A stretch of 63,940 nucleotides of DNA, the filler included, from Octopus bimaculoides (lineage: Eukaryota): the NCBI RefSeq assembly GCF_001194135.2. It is 4 parts of 4 records of this genome, joined end to end, with 100 filler letters (N's around TTAATTAATTAA, not from the genome) between each part and the next. Parts side by side here need not be neighbours in the genome. Positions count along the whole stretch, not along the records: positions 25,464 to 47,649 come from NC_068990.1; positions 47,750 to 57,776 come from NC_068982.1; 2 more parts are not named here. One strand, 5' to 3'. The notes under the pieces are model-generated. The model worked only from the letters and a program-made list of their open reading frames with translations, searched no databases and was not told the DNA's origin. Positions within the stretch are counted from its first letter, which is position 1. Every line of letters begins with the position of its first letter. Shown piece by piece: positions 41,918 to 54,176 of the stretch. The position numbers and the translations under genes were made by a program.

Positions 41918-42506
41918 TATTCGTACATATATAAAAAACAACCGCAAGCGTGCGCATGCGAGCACAGAAACAAGACGCATAACCTCTCAATGTATTACAT
42001 ATTTAGTCTTAACAAATATTATTCGTAAAACTGTTTGAAGATTGTGATATAATTTGCGAATTATTTATTGCTTTGATATAATTTATTATATACAATAAAA
42101 TAATAGACGAAAAGCTTAAATTCTTTTGTAAGTAAATGTGCACAGTTGGCTGTATAGGTATTAATGTATGTAATTTCGATAATGTGTTCCTAATTATTCC
42201 TTTATGAATTTTGAATAAAATATATATGCATCGCTATTGATAATAATACACAACATGAAGCAAATAAATCCAATATTAATTTCGAGTTTTGAAACAATGC
42301 CAGCAATGTTGGGGTAGGGGTAAGTCCGTTAGATCGACCCCGATGTTCAACTGGTACATATTTTAACGATCCCGAAAGGATGAAAAGTAAAATCGACCGC
42401 CGTGGATTTGAACTCAGAACATCAAGATGAAATGTTGTTAAGCATTTTCTCGGTATGGTAACGATTCTGCCCGTTCACCGCCCTGATTACATCTAATGCG
42501 CTTTAA

Positions 42507-42735
42507 TATATCTGCGTTATATTTCAAATAACTATGTCTCTCTTCGTTGATATAAACGAGTTGGAACCTTCATTACGTCGAATATGTCATACAACATCTA
42601 CGTTATATTTCAAACAACTGTGTCTCTTCGGTGATGAACCTGAAATACAATTAATGGAACCTTAAATACATATAATACGACATATATCATCTACGTTATA
42701 ATTCAAACAACCGTGTCTCTCTTCGGTGATGTAAA
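42507..42735. repeat. Three diverged ~90 bp tandem units with a hammerhead-like core on the minus strand
   Basis: The conserved block ATCT[AG]CGTTATA.TTCAAA[CT]AAC..TGTCTC(TC)TTCG[GT]TGAT starts near 42510, 42596 and 42689. Confidence 0.75.
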
Positions 42736-44363
42736 CTAGTTAGAACCTCTGTACGACAAGTAATATAAGTCTATCATTCACGGTGGTTAGTGATCTGTCT
42801 AGTATATGTTCGCTCTGAGTTTATATCATAGCGAAACTTTGAGATAGAATTCTTTCAAAAGAAAACTATATATAACCTTTCTAAGACAAAACTGTTCGTG
42901 TCAATAACACTAAAAATGTCCCTGGTCATAAAACAGGTGGAAAAATATCGAAGTGAAGTACTAAGTGAAAAGCAATGAAATTTAATCAAAATATACTACG
43001 AAAGACCTACTAACTCATGATACACATTACTTAGGTAAGAGTGAAACCTTAAGAAGTCAGTATAATAGAATATGTTACCTAGTTATATAAGGCTAATACC
43101 ATTTTCCTGACTATAATATGAACTTTTCAGAAAGTGAAGTATATATAAAATGTATTTGCAACGAACATGACATATACACGAACACACAGGTATATACACA
43201 CATCTATATTTAAATATCAATATGCATACATGAGATTGATACTTACAAACATACAGAAGCAGAATTCTTAGAATGTGCACATTTGTTGAAATACTTGTAT
43301 ATTATCTATATATTCACCTAGCAAAGTGTTATTACCAGAATCTATCCAAAACGAAAACTATATTACTACAATCATCTCAGTCTAAGATAAGAAACACTGG
43401 AAATGATATATTACGTACATATAAACACAGACACACATATATGTATGTATATATGTATGCATAATATGAAAAGACAAAATATTTGTACGATTAGCAATAA
43501 CTTAACGAGAATAAATTAGAGCAAAACGTGACTAACAATGCCTAACATACAAGTGTCTAAGTGTATGAGAATGTTTAGTAAAATAAATAAACGATTATAG
43601 GCGGTGCTCCAGCATGGCCGCAGTCAAATGACTGAAACAAGTAAAAGAGTAAAAGAGTATAATGAATTTAGTTTAATGTGGACCTGACAGCAAAGTAGTT
43701 CCATCCACAAATTGAGTAAAATCTGAAGATAAAATTTAAGCCAGGGAGTGTAAGGTACGTCGTTGTTGCTGTTGTTTGGCAGAATAGTTTGAGCGTCCGA
43801 TAAATGCATTGTGGGATTTCTTCCGACACTTTACTTTATCATTTCAAATTCCACCGAGGTTGGCTGTTTTCCATTATTCTGTAATCCTTTTCAAACATCC
43901 ATCAGCCGCATGTAACGTAGATCCCATATACAAACGCGCTACTCCATGAATAGAGTCCATGAAACTACTAAATTCGAAGAAAACACGGAAACTACTTTTA
44001 TCTAGAAAATATAATCGGACAAAACACCGCTTATCATTAACAGCAAACAACAAAGAAGAAATGTATATTTTGGCGTGTTTATTCTGGGGAATTGTACGAG
44101 ATACATTACAGGAGGTTTCAGAATCTTTTAAAAGAAGCAGTTATAGCGGTCCTCGATTATTGTAATGTTAGTACGTAATTTTCTTTGCTTCTGATAAGCT
44201 GACCTGCCAAAATTGTTACTTTTCTTTTATTCCAGAGTGGTGGAATCAGTTGTAACAGCACTTTGAATACACCCTACTTCCCAATGCTTGCCAGGTGACT
44301 AGTTTGCAGAAATCAGTCGGGATGTGCAATTGCTACGCAAAAACGTTTTGTTTTAAAATAGGC

Positions 44364-44419
<56 letters not shown>

Positions 44420-45345
44420 ATGTATATATATACGTATGTATATGTGTGTATGTGTGTAAATATATATGCATGTGTGTGCGTGCATGCGTGCGTGTGTGTG
44501 TGTGTGTCTGTGTGTGTGTGTGTGTGTGTGTGGGTTGTGTATGTGCGTGTATGATGTGAGTTGTTGGGTGCCCTGCAGGATCTCAATACATATTTTTTCT
44601 CGCTAATCTCTGGAGGAATTAGTTGGAATCAATTTTATTTTTAATCGCTTTACTTTCCATTCTATTATTCAAGTTTTTAAAATGGGAAATAAGTAGCTCG
44701 CGTTTTATTAACTTAAAATTTCACCAAAGCATTCGAGAGGGTGTTACGATCAGAAGAACAGCCTTCCCAGTAAGATATTTCAGATTCGATAACAACATGC
44801 TGCTGAAGAAATTATCCATCTCCGGTGTCCGTGATAAGATTATGCTACGAATGTGGGATGAAAAGATCAACGACTGACTATGAAGAAACGATGCTAGAGC
44901 TGAGACATCTTCCATGCATTAATTTCATCTCTTTTCATTAATACCTGCATTGTTTCTTTCCAGGAAAACTGACACGTGATTGTTCAAAGAAGACTTAAAA
45001 TGTAACTAGTAGCGAATTCTTTTGAAATTGCACGAAATATTTTCCAAGAGAAAGTTCAAAATATTCTGCACAATAAACTTAACATGACGAAGGCTTCTGG
45101 TGGTAGGTTCCACGTTTTCTGACACCAGATCAAAAAAGCACAGGATGATCACGTTGTGTCATCTGAAAAGATTATTTTATTACATATCGCGACATTTCTA
45201 ATGTTCTTTATGCAAAAAATAAGCAGGAGTAGGCCTAACAAAGTATCTGAGATGTATATCACTAATGCTGTTTGCAGAAGTTGAGTAAATTATTTCGATA
45301 AGAACATGTTGGGCTATGCGTATTAAGAAACATTTAATGCATAGC

Positions 45346-45970
45346 ATTACAAAGTGTTGGCTGAAAAGTTCATAGGATGAATATATTCTCATGGAATGTA
45401 ACCAAGGTTTATTTTTCAACAGAGTTCCCCTTGTGGTCCACACATTTCTTCCATTGGTGTGACAGTGCTTGATCTCACTAATGTCATCCAGTTAGTAACA
45501 CAATGTCATCAACAGCAGATACGATTTCATCCTCACTGCGATAGTGGTTCACAGCCATTTCTTTTTTCATTTTGGGGAACAGATAATATTCCGATGGTGT
45601 CATATCACGAAAATAAGGAGGGCGGGTGATCAACTAGTTTAAATCCGTAGTCCTGCACAATAGCTATTGAAACTAAGGGCTTGTGTGATGGAGCATTGTC
45701 CTAATATAATAAGATCACATTCGTGAGTTTTCCAGGCCGCTTCGTCATGAAAGCCTGTCCTAACTGCGTCAGCAAGTTGACATAGTACTCTCCATTCATG
45801 GTGTGGCCTTTTTGAAGTTAGTCAATAAGCGTAAGGCATTTTTCCTCCACAAAATCTCAGGCCATCACCTACCCTGCAGGTGAAATGACTTAAGTCTTCT
45901 TTGGAGCAGTTGAGAACGATTTCCAATGAATGGGTTGTCACCTTGTCCCTGCTCAAGTGATGAATCCAAA
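45346..45970 (-). mobile_element. Mariner (Tc1/mariner) transposase relic with one terminal repeat
   Basis: Minus strand WIHH...GHTMNGEYYVNLL...LY*DNAPSH...LVDHPP...DMTPSEYYLFPKMK. A TIR-like end TACAAAGTGTTGGCTGAAAAGTTCATAGG sits near 45346. Confidence 0.88.
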
Positions 45971-46457
45971 ACTCATACGTTTGTATTATGTATATGTATA
46001 ATGACATTTCATTTCCTTAAGTATGGGATTGTGTGTGACACTGCACATATGTAAGTATACATATACCCAGTTAACCATATCCGTTTTTACACCGAGTAAC
46101 GTGTATTTGGGTAGCAAAACTTAACGATTTTGATTTCCAGCTTCAGAACTCCAGCGGAAAATTAAACTCGGATACATAATTCCCGACTAAAGCCATCCAT
46201 CAGTCGAATAAGTATTTACTATAGAATAACACCTTATACAACAGTTGCTTTATGTGATTCTTTTCTCCTGTATGAGTTCTATTTTTGCATGTGCATAGGA
46301 CGAACGAATGACGTCTACGTAATTTTGAATATTCGCATCTTATTGTAAAAATACAGTTGTTAAATATAGTAAAATTGAGTAAGATTAAACACAGAGACAC
46401 TTATATTCGCATAAACGTGCACATACACACGCACACACAGATACACCACATTCAGAA

Positions 46458-46492
<35 letters not shown>

Positions 46493-46798
46493 NNNNNNNN
46501 NNNNNNNNNNNNNNNNNNNNNNNNNNNNNNNNNNNNNNNNNNNNNNNNNNNNNNNNNNNATATATGTATGTATGTATTCATATATTCATATATATGTGTA
46601 TGCATGTATGCATATATGTATCTATGAAATTATATATACATACATCCATAAATTCATGCACACAAACGCAATACACATACACATATATACACACTACACG
46701 TATATGTCTTTACTCATGCTCATACACAAATACAATATACGTATATAGACACCTGCATATAAACGTGTGTGCGTTGTGAATATGCGCGTATGTGTGTG

Positions 46799-46848
<50 letters not shown>

Positions 46849-47552
46849 CGTAACATAGCATTTTTAAAGTAATAAGTGTCTATAACCTATTATCAGTGTA
46901 TGACATATCCATTATAACTAATATTAGCACTTAAGGAACGTAGTAATGTTAAAAGTTGATACATAAAGATTATTCGAAAAATATAGAAATATATTTAAAA
47001 ATATAAAAAAAAAATGAATATTCCGATTTAATAGCGCGAGGAAATCAACTTGACGTCTTAATAAAACCTATTATTATTTTCAGTGTGTATCTATGCATAT
47101 ATGCATTTATGTGCAAGTAAATTATGTATGCATGTATGATTGTATACGTGTAAGCGAAAGTTTCTATGTTTTAGGAGGCTTTATATTTTTTCTCATAGTG
47201 GAAGGGTATTTTCTATGTATTCTGCGTAACACTCATTTCCTTCTCCTGATCGACTCCAGCATAACAGTCATCATCATTTGTTGCACCTCTGTTACAACCG
47301 TTCTACTGTCTTTATCTCACTTCACCCCTACCTACAAGCCTACCACCTTTCACTCTTTAATTCAAACAATCTCCTTCTTTCTAACCTCTTTACCCGCTTC
47401 AAAAATTTACTAAGCAATATTGGCGAAATAAAGTAAAAAGAAATAGTTGAAATGTTGTTATATGTGTGTATGTGTATTTGTGAGTAAGTGTGTGTGAATT
47501 TGCGTGGAGGCACATTCATGTAGAGATATATGCATATGCGAATAGGAATACA

Positions 47553-47585
<33 letters not shown>

Positions 47586-47590
47586 GCATC

Positions 47591-47649
<59 letters not shown>

Positions 47650-47749
47650 NNNNNNNNNNNNNNNNNNNNNNNNNNNNNNNNNNNNNNNNNNNNTTAATTA
47701 ATTAANNNNNNNNNNNNNNNNNNNNNNNNNNNNNNNNNNNNNNNNNNNN

Positions 47750-47912
47750 TTTACGTCCCCGTAACTTAGCGGTTCGGCAAAAGAGACCGATAGAATAAGT
47801 ACTAGGCTTACAAAGAATAAATCCTGGGGTCGATTTGCTCGACTAAAGGCGGTGCTCCAGCATGGCCACAGTCAAATGACTGAAACAAGTAAAAGAGTAA
47901 AAGAGTAAAGAG
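47750..47912 (+). mobile_element. SINE 3' half (family B) with (AAAGAGT)n tail
   Basis: GGCGGTGCTCCAGCATGGCC.CAGTCAAATGACTGAAACAAGTAAAAGAGT is also present at about 43599-43660. Confidence 0.7.
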
Positions 47913-48899
47913 TATAGTAACAATAATAATAATAATAATAATAATGATGATGATCATCATCATATCTCTCATCTCTTTTGCCAAGTTCTGATTCCATTCA
48001 GAAATCTGTTGAACAAAACGGATACCTATAAATGCCACAGGCAACCATTATATGTATGACTTGAAAATATTTACAAAAGATAATACAAAGCAATAAAAGT
48101 TATTAGAATTGTTCATAAATTCAGTTACGGTATAAAAATGAGTTCGAGATTAAACAAACGTTCCTTCTATAAAGCTGATATAAGAAGAAATAAATCGACT
48201 AAAACTGAGAACATTAACTGATACAAAAACACCGAAATCAAAGAATTAGACCGGAACCACAAATACAAATACTTTGGTGCCGATGACACTAACAAAATAA
48301 GAATCACAGAACTGAAAGAAAATATCTCAAAAGAAGACTACAGAAGGATTAGACATTAAAAACTGGACTGAACGTTCGACATAAGATAATAGGTATAAAT
48401 ACACTTTCAGAAAAGGAGCGTAGGAAACTACTATGAGCGTTCCAAAGTTAATGCCCCACCCCCACCGAAAGCTGTTATAAATAAAAATATACTTATTCCC
48501 ACACACAAAGAAGGCTGGATCTGGTACAAATTGAAACCTACCACAAAACAACAACAGTGGGACAAAAGATACTTTCAAGCAAGTAAAAGGAAACTGAGTA
48601 GTGGAAACGTGAAATAAATAAATAAATAAATGAATAAATAAATAAATAAATAAATAAATGATAGGTTTTTCTCTCTGCAGAAGGAAACACTAAAAATACA
48701 AATTGGAAACAAACTAGACTGACGCAAAAGATTTAGATAAGAATAAAACAAGAGAAAAAAAAAATTAAAATAACAAAAGATAAAATCAAAATGAAATTCC
48801 TAATATAATGAAGGATAAAAGGGAGAGAAAAACCAGTCACTGGCCAATATCCCGCAAGGCTTGACAGAGCGGAAGTAAGCCAGAGTGAAAAACCGACAA

Positions 48900-49560
48900 C
48901 GGATCAAAAACTCTCGGTTAAAAGTAGAAACTGAAGGTCTGATTTAGGTGAAAAGCTCCATTTTCTAACTACATACAAATGTAAAAGCGAAATAATGAAA
49001 GAAATGTTAACACTTATTGCAGACTGTAAAACCAGCGTAGTGAGACCGTTGACGAGATCATTTCTAGCTACCGGATATTTTTTCACAGATGCGTTAAAGT
49101 TAGCAGTTATGTCCATTGGGAATACGTTGACAATTTGACGTGGAAAACATAAGTAGTGGTACAAATATGTACCAAACATGGCACTTGATAATGATCCAGT
49201 CACGATCAACTGAGAGATGTTTGTCCAGACTGACAACGAGATCAAGGAAAATCCACCAGATAAATTAATCGGGGATTGGAATGAAAATGCTTTTACTCTG
49301 ACAGAAATCGCGATCCTTTCTGTTTAAAAAACCTGTCTAAAATAAGGTGGAGAAATTGTCAAAATTCAAAATGCCATGCATGGTGCAGCATGTCCTTTAC
49401 GGAAAGCTCAAGTTCCTTCGGCCTAAATCCTGTGGGTAGACTAAAGGATGCAAAGAGAAATTAGACGAAACATATCAGGAGAATTACACAAACTGGAAAT
49501 CAAATGTGTAAATATTATTTAACTAGTTGCGAAAAACCGCCCATCTGGAATTTGATAAAT
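48900..49560 (+). mobile_element. Degraded R4/Dong-type non-LTR retrotransposon (CCHC knuckle plus RLE endonuclease)
   Basis: ETEGLI, YCRL..TVDEIIS and WYKYVPNMALDNDPVTIN*EMFVQTDNEIKENPPDKLI...EIAI, read across frameshifts. Confidence 0.7.
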
Positions 49561-49641
49561 GGATATCATTTCAATAAAAGGAAATTTTCCAGAGATATCG
49601 GCATTATTTGAATATATAGATATGTGCGTGTGGGGGTGGGG

Positions 49642-49732
49642 TAAGAAAAAGAGATGACACAGGAAAAGCAATGATTATGTTATAAACTTCATAACATAGT
49701 TATTGCTTTTCCTGTGTCATCTCTTTTTCTTA
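49642..49732. repeat. 91-nt near-perfect palindrome (42-bp arms, 7-nt loop) with TA at both ends
   Basis: Arms 49642-49683 and 49691-49732 differ at two positions, and both are G-U compatible on the + strand. Confidence 0.95.
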
Positions 49733-50537
49733 TTAACGCTCTATACTCATCTAACACTTTTTTCTGAAACATACGTATATTGAGTTCTTCACCAGGTTAA
49801 TAGTCACGCAATACCTTAGCAATATATACGCATATATATGTATGTATATATATANNNNNNNNNNNNNNNNNNNNNNNNNNNNNNNNNNNNNNNNNNNNNN
49901 NNNNNNNNNNNNNNNNNNNNNNNNNNNNNNNNNNNNNNNNNNNNNNNNNNNNNNNNNNNNNNNNNNNNNNNNNNNNNNNNNNNNNNNNNNNNNNNNNNNN
50001 NNNNNNNNNNNNNNNNNNNNNNNNNNNNNNNNNNNNNNNNNNNNNNNNNNNNNNNNNNNNNNNNNNNNNNNNNNNNNNNNNNNNNNNNNNNNNNNNNNNN
50101 NNNNNNNNNNNNNNNNNNNNNNNNNNNNNNNNNNNNNNNNNNNNNNNNNNNNNNNNNNNNNNNNNNNNNNNNNNNNNNNNNNNNNNNNNNNNNNNNNNNN
50201 NNNNNNNNNNNNNNNNNNNNNNNNNNNNNNNNNNNNNNNNNNNNNNNNNNNNNNNNNNNNNNNNNNNNNNNNNNNNNNNNNNNNNNNNNNNNNNNNNNNN
50301 NNNNNNNNNNNNNNNNNNNNNNNNNNNNNNNNNNNNNNNNNNNNNNNNNNNNNNNNNNNNNNNNNNNNNNNNNNNNNNNNNNNNNNNNNNNNNNNNNNNN
50401 NNNNNNNNNNNNNNNNNNNNNNNNNNNNNNNNNNNNNNNNNNNNNNNNNNNNNNNNNNNNNNNNNNNNNNNNNNNNNNNNNNNNNNNNNNNNNNNNNNNN
50501 NNNNNNNNNNNNNNNNNNNNNNNNNNNNNNNNNNNNC

Positions 50538-50800
50538 TGTTATCGTTAGGCCTAACTCATCGGAAGGTAAATACCACCATTACCGATATCCAAACTACAG
50601 TGGAGAAGGCTAGCCACTGGATTTGGTTAAAAAGAGACGATGAGCGATGGCTAAAGAAATATTGAGCTTTGTTTAATAATCAGTTGATCTAGCAAGCGGG
50701 GCCTCATATCAGTGAGGGGGGCCGGTGCGCATTGATGCCGTCGAGAGGTAGGCCCCGAAACGGCACGCATTCTCTCCTGATGACCCCATACACTTGCTGG
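50538..50800 (+). mobile_element. HERO-type RLE retrotransposon C-terminus and 3' UTR
   Basis: LLSLGLTHRKVNTTITDIQTTVEKASHWIWLKRDDERW* matches the characteristic E(R/K)ASxW(L/I)WLKR C-terminal motif. The 5' part is lost in the gap. Confidence 0.7.
50736..50783 (+). ncRNA. Hammerhead-core motif in permuted order (HERO 3' UTR)
   Basis: UGCCG-UC (site GUC at 50740-50742), GAGAG, then GAAA-CGGCA, then CUCUC-CUGAUGA. Stems I and III pair perfectly, but stem II does not. Confidence 0.45.
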
Positions 50801-50916
50801 CTTCCGGTATGCGGAATTCTTGACTGGTAGCACTTGCATGTGCAAGTTGTTTGCAAGACACATTGCATGTCGAAACGAGGAAAGCAAGCTAACAGAAATT
50901 CATAAAAATTTAGTTA

Positions 50917-50976
50917 TCCCCGTATCGGTTCCGATTTCTGGATTAATCCTAAAGGATTCTTCCTTCATCAGCGAGG
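50917..50976 (-). ncRNA. Type I hammerhead ribozyme (Penelope-associated)
   Basis: Minus RNA reads UCCUCG-CUGAUGA-A-GGA-G-AAUCCU-uu-AGGAUU-AA-UCC-A-GAAAUCGG-aa-CCGAU-A-CGGGGA. The core is complete, stem I is 6 bp, stem III is 5 bp, the site is AUA, and A-A replaces the usual 10.1-11.1 pair. Confidence 0.78.
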
Positions 50977-50979
50977 AAC

Positions 50980-51300
50980 ACTATTCTGTCCCAGTATTCC
51001 ATGAAAAGGTTGGCCACATCACCGGCGATACTAATCCCGATGGCTGCCCTCATCCTGGGCGTATATTATGATGTTAAACTTAAACGTGTGGCCTTTTAGC
51101 GTAACTCTTATACTAGTTCCTGGTGCATATGCGATTTTCTTTACTTGATATTCGTTTTCGGGGGTCCGTATGGCTCTGGTCCATCTGCTCCATCTCTCTA
51201 GACCCCTATGGTGAACACCAAATATATAGTGCGTGTGTGTTTATTGGCTAAACTGGTAACATGACCGTCCCCAAATAGAACAATATCTGTTTCAACACAC
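50980..51300 (-). mobile_element. Penelope-like RT fragment fused to the hammerhead
   Basis: Minus strand GHTFKFNIIIYAQDEG, then (after a frameshift) AIGISIAGDVANLFMEYWDR, resembling the PLE RT motif-B region. Confidence 0.65.
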
Positions 51301-51528
51301 GAATTCACATCAAGAAGCTTGCAAAACGAATATATAAACGTATATATATATTTTTTATCATTATTAATAAATCATAGGGCAGCAAAAGAAATTTTTGAAA
51401 TTTTATTTACTGCCAGTATGTATGTATGTATANNNNNNNNNNNNNNNNNNNNNNNNNNNNNNNNNNNNNNNNNNNNNNNNNNNNNNNNNNNNNNNNNNNN
51501 NNNNNNNNNNNNNNNNNNNNNNNNNNNN

Positions 51529-51559
<31 letters not shown>

Positions 51560-51839
51560 GTATGTATAAAAAAAGGAGACCATTAGGTGGACTGCTAATG
51601 TGCTAGAAGAAGATCCCATGTAATGTGTCTACTAAGACCGAATTGTTCTCAAAGGAAATTTAGCGAAGTAACAAAAGCGTATGCGGGTAAGACATATATA
51701 TACATATACATACATATACAATAATCCTTTGAGATCTCAGATATTTTTTCTGAATCTCTATGATTCTTTTAATGTGCTTGTTCCCTGGTATTAAATTGAT
51801 ATTAATTAATATCCAATTTTTTACTCTACTGTTTTAATT

Positions 51840-51910
<71 letters not shown>

Positions 51911-52747
51911 GGAGATAGAAAGAAAGGAAAAGAGATGACTAAAAACAGTAACAGTGAGGGAGAAATAGGGCGAGAAAGATCTGTGAGCATGAGACAATGA
52001 AAGCAGGAGAGAAAGTGGACAACTGAAAAGTTTTCAAACTTAATGTTTGCTGTGTGTCTCACTTTACTGAATTATCTCTTTAATAAATGAAACACTCTTT
52101 TATTATCATTATTATTTTATTTATTTATATATTTTTTTTTTACTATCACAAATAAATATTTGTACGATATTGGCATGGAGGGTGGTGAAGACGAACAACT
52201 CAGAACCACAACGGTTACAGGTGCTTTGGTTTGGTTGACAGGTAGAGACAGGAGGAGAACATAGACGATCAGCTACGTGATATGAGCAACAGTTTAGCAC
52301 GCTTGTGCACTAATAAGCGATTTTCTTTCTTTTTATCTATAACATATTTTTTTTCCATTTTCTCTCCAATTGTCAACAGTATCTTTTCATAAAAGAACTC
52401 CTGACCACAGCCTTATATCTACCCTGTATCTAGTCCACCCTACAAACACGTACGTCTATGTTTATTTAGCGTTTCTTTACTAATTTAACTTGTTCTTTAT
52501 TGGGGTGGTAGAATTAGACACCGTGTCCTCGCTTCATTCTTGGGATTAAAGGTTTAATACCCACCTCCAACCTACTTCTTTATTAGGTATTCTTTTCTTC
52601 CTCTCCTTAGTTCTTCAACACATTCTGGTTCACCTCTCACTAACCCTCATAATCCCTTTCCCTCGCACTTTCTCTTTCTCTCATATCTTGTTTTCACTCT
52701 TTCCAAATCATTTCAAAGGTTTTTCCTAGTGCGTCGAACTAGTTTAT

Positions 52748-52781
<34 letters not shown>

Positions 52782-53404
52782 CACACACACACACTTACAC
52801 ACACATGCACGCACACACACATGCATGTGCGCGTGGTCACATATACCCATAAAAATATACAATCTGAATGCGTGTGTATTTTAGCCTTTTTATTCTTTAA
52901 CTAGTTTCAGTCGTTGGACTAAGGACATACTGAGACAAAATTTTTAAAGGTTCAAGTCGCCATGTTGCCTTAGTACGCATTTTATCAACTTCTATTTGTC
53001 GAATAGCTAATTTATGGGCCTAAACAAAGACCTGAAACAAAGGTTTTATATACGGGCGTAAACATTAATACGGACACAATCATACACATATAATAATCCT
53101 TTCTACTATAGGCACAAAGCTTGAAATTTTGGGGGAGCAGGCTAGTCAATTACATCGACCCCAGTACGCATCTGGTACTTATTTCATCGACCCGAAAAGA
53201 TGAAAGGCAAAGTCGACCTCGGCGGAATTTGAACTTAGAACGTAGTGGCAGACGAAATACTGCTGAGCATTTCGCCCGGCGTGCTAACGGTTCTGCCAGC
53301 TTGCCACATAAATAATTATAATAATAATAATAATGAAAATAATAATAATAATAATGAAAATAATAATAATAATAATGAAAGTAATAATAATGATAATAAT
53401 AATT

Positions 53405-53945
53405 AAACTATTATGACGATTTGAAGTGGGAAATACGAAGTGGTCAATGAAGAGAGTAGACGTGATCACAAACCTGAAGGCATTGTCGAAAATAGAAATG
53501 CAAAGATCCTATGGGATTTTATGATTCAGTGCGACCATGAGATAGAGAATAAGAAGACAGACATAGTCTTGAGAAAGAAAACAAACTATGCTGGATCATA
53601 GATATATCATGCCCAACTGACAACAAGGTATGCGATAAAGAAGAACGAAAAGTCGAGAGATATGACAGGTTAGCTTGGGAAGTTAAGCAGTTGTGGTCGA
53701 TGAGAAAGGTAGTGCTAGTACCAATAATTGTCGGAGCCCTGGGAACAGTGAGCAAAAATCTCGAGAAGTACGTGGAACAAATAGGAGCTGCGAAAAGGGT
53801 GGAGAACTTATAGAAAACAGCACTACTTGGAACCGCTCGAATACTCCGGAAGGTGCTCAAATAATAAGAGGTGTTACCTTAGTTCACTGGTAGTAAACAG
53901 CTGACACTGCAGTACATCTTCAGCGTTAGAAGCTGTGTAAAGGTA

Positions 53946-53980
<35 letters not shown>

Positions 53981-53982
53981 AA
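53405..53982 (+). mobile_element. R4/Dong-type retrotransposon 3' end in an (AAT)n array, with (GAT)n tail
   Basis: HKPEGIVENRNAKILWDFMIQCDHEIENKKTDIV...WIIDISCPTD...EERKVERYDRLAWEV..VPIIVGALG...LLGTARILRKVLK*. Confidence 0.9.
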
Positions 53983-54099
53983 TGCTTTCTACTATAGGCA
54001 CAAGGCCTGAAATTTGGTGGAGGGGGCTAGTCGATTTCATCGAGGTTGATAATATCTTCAATCAACAACCTCACGATAGTGTATACTGTGCAACGCTTC

Positions 54100-54175
<76 letters not shown>

Positions 54176-54176
<1 letters not shown>

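Noticed and set aside
42507-42735. CRISPR-like repeat-spacer array
   Set aside because: There are only three diverged units, the spacers are partly homologous, the context is eukaryotic and there are no cas genes.
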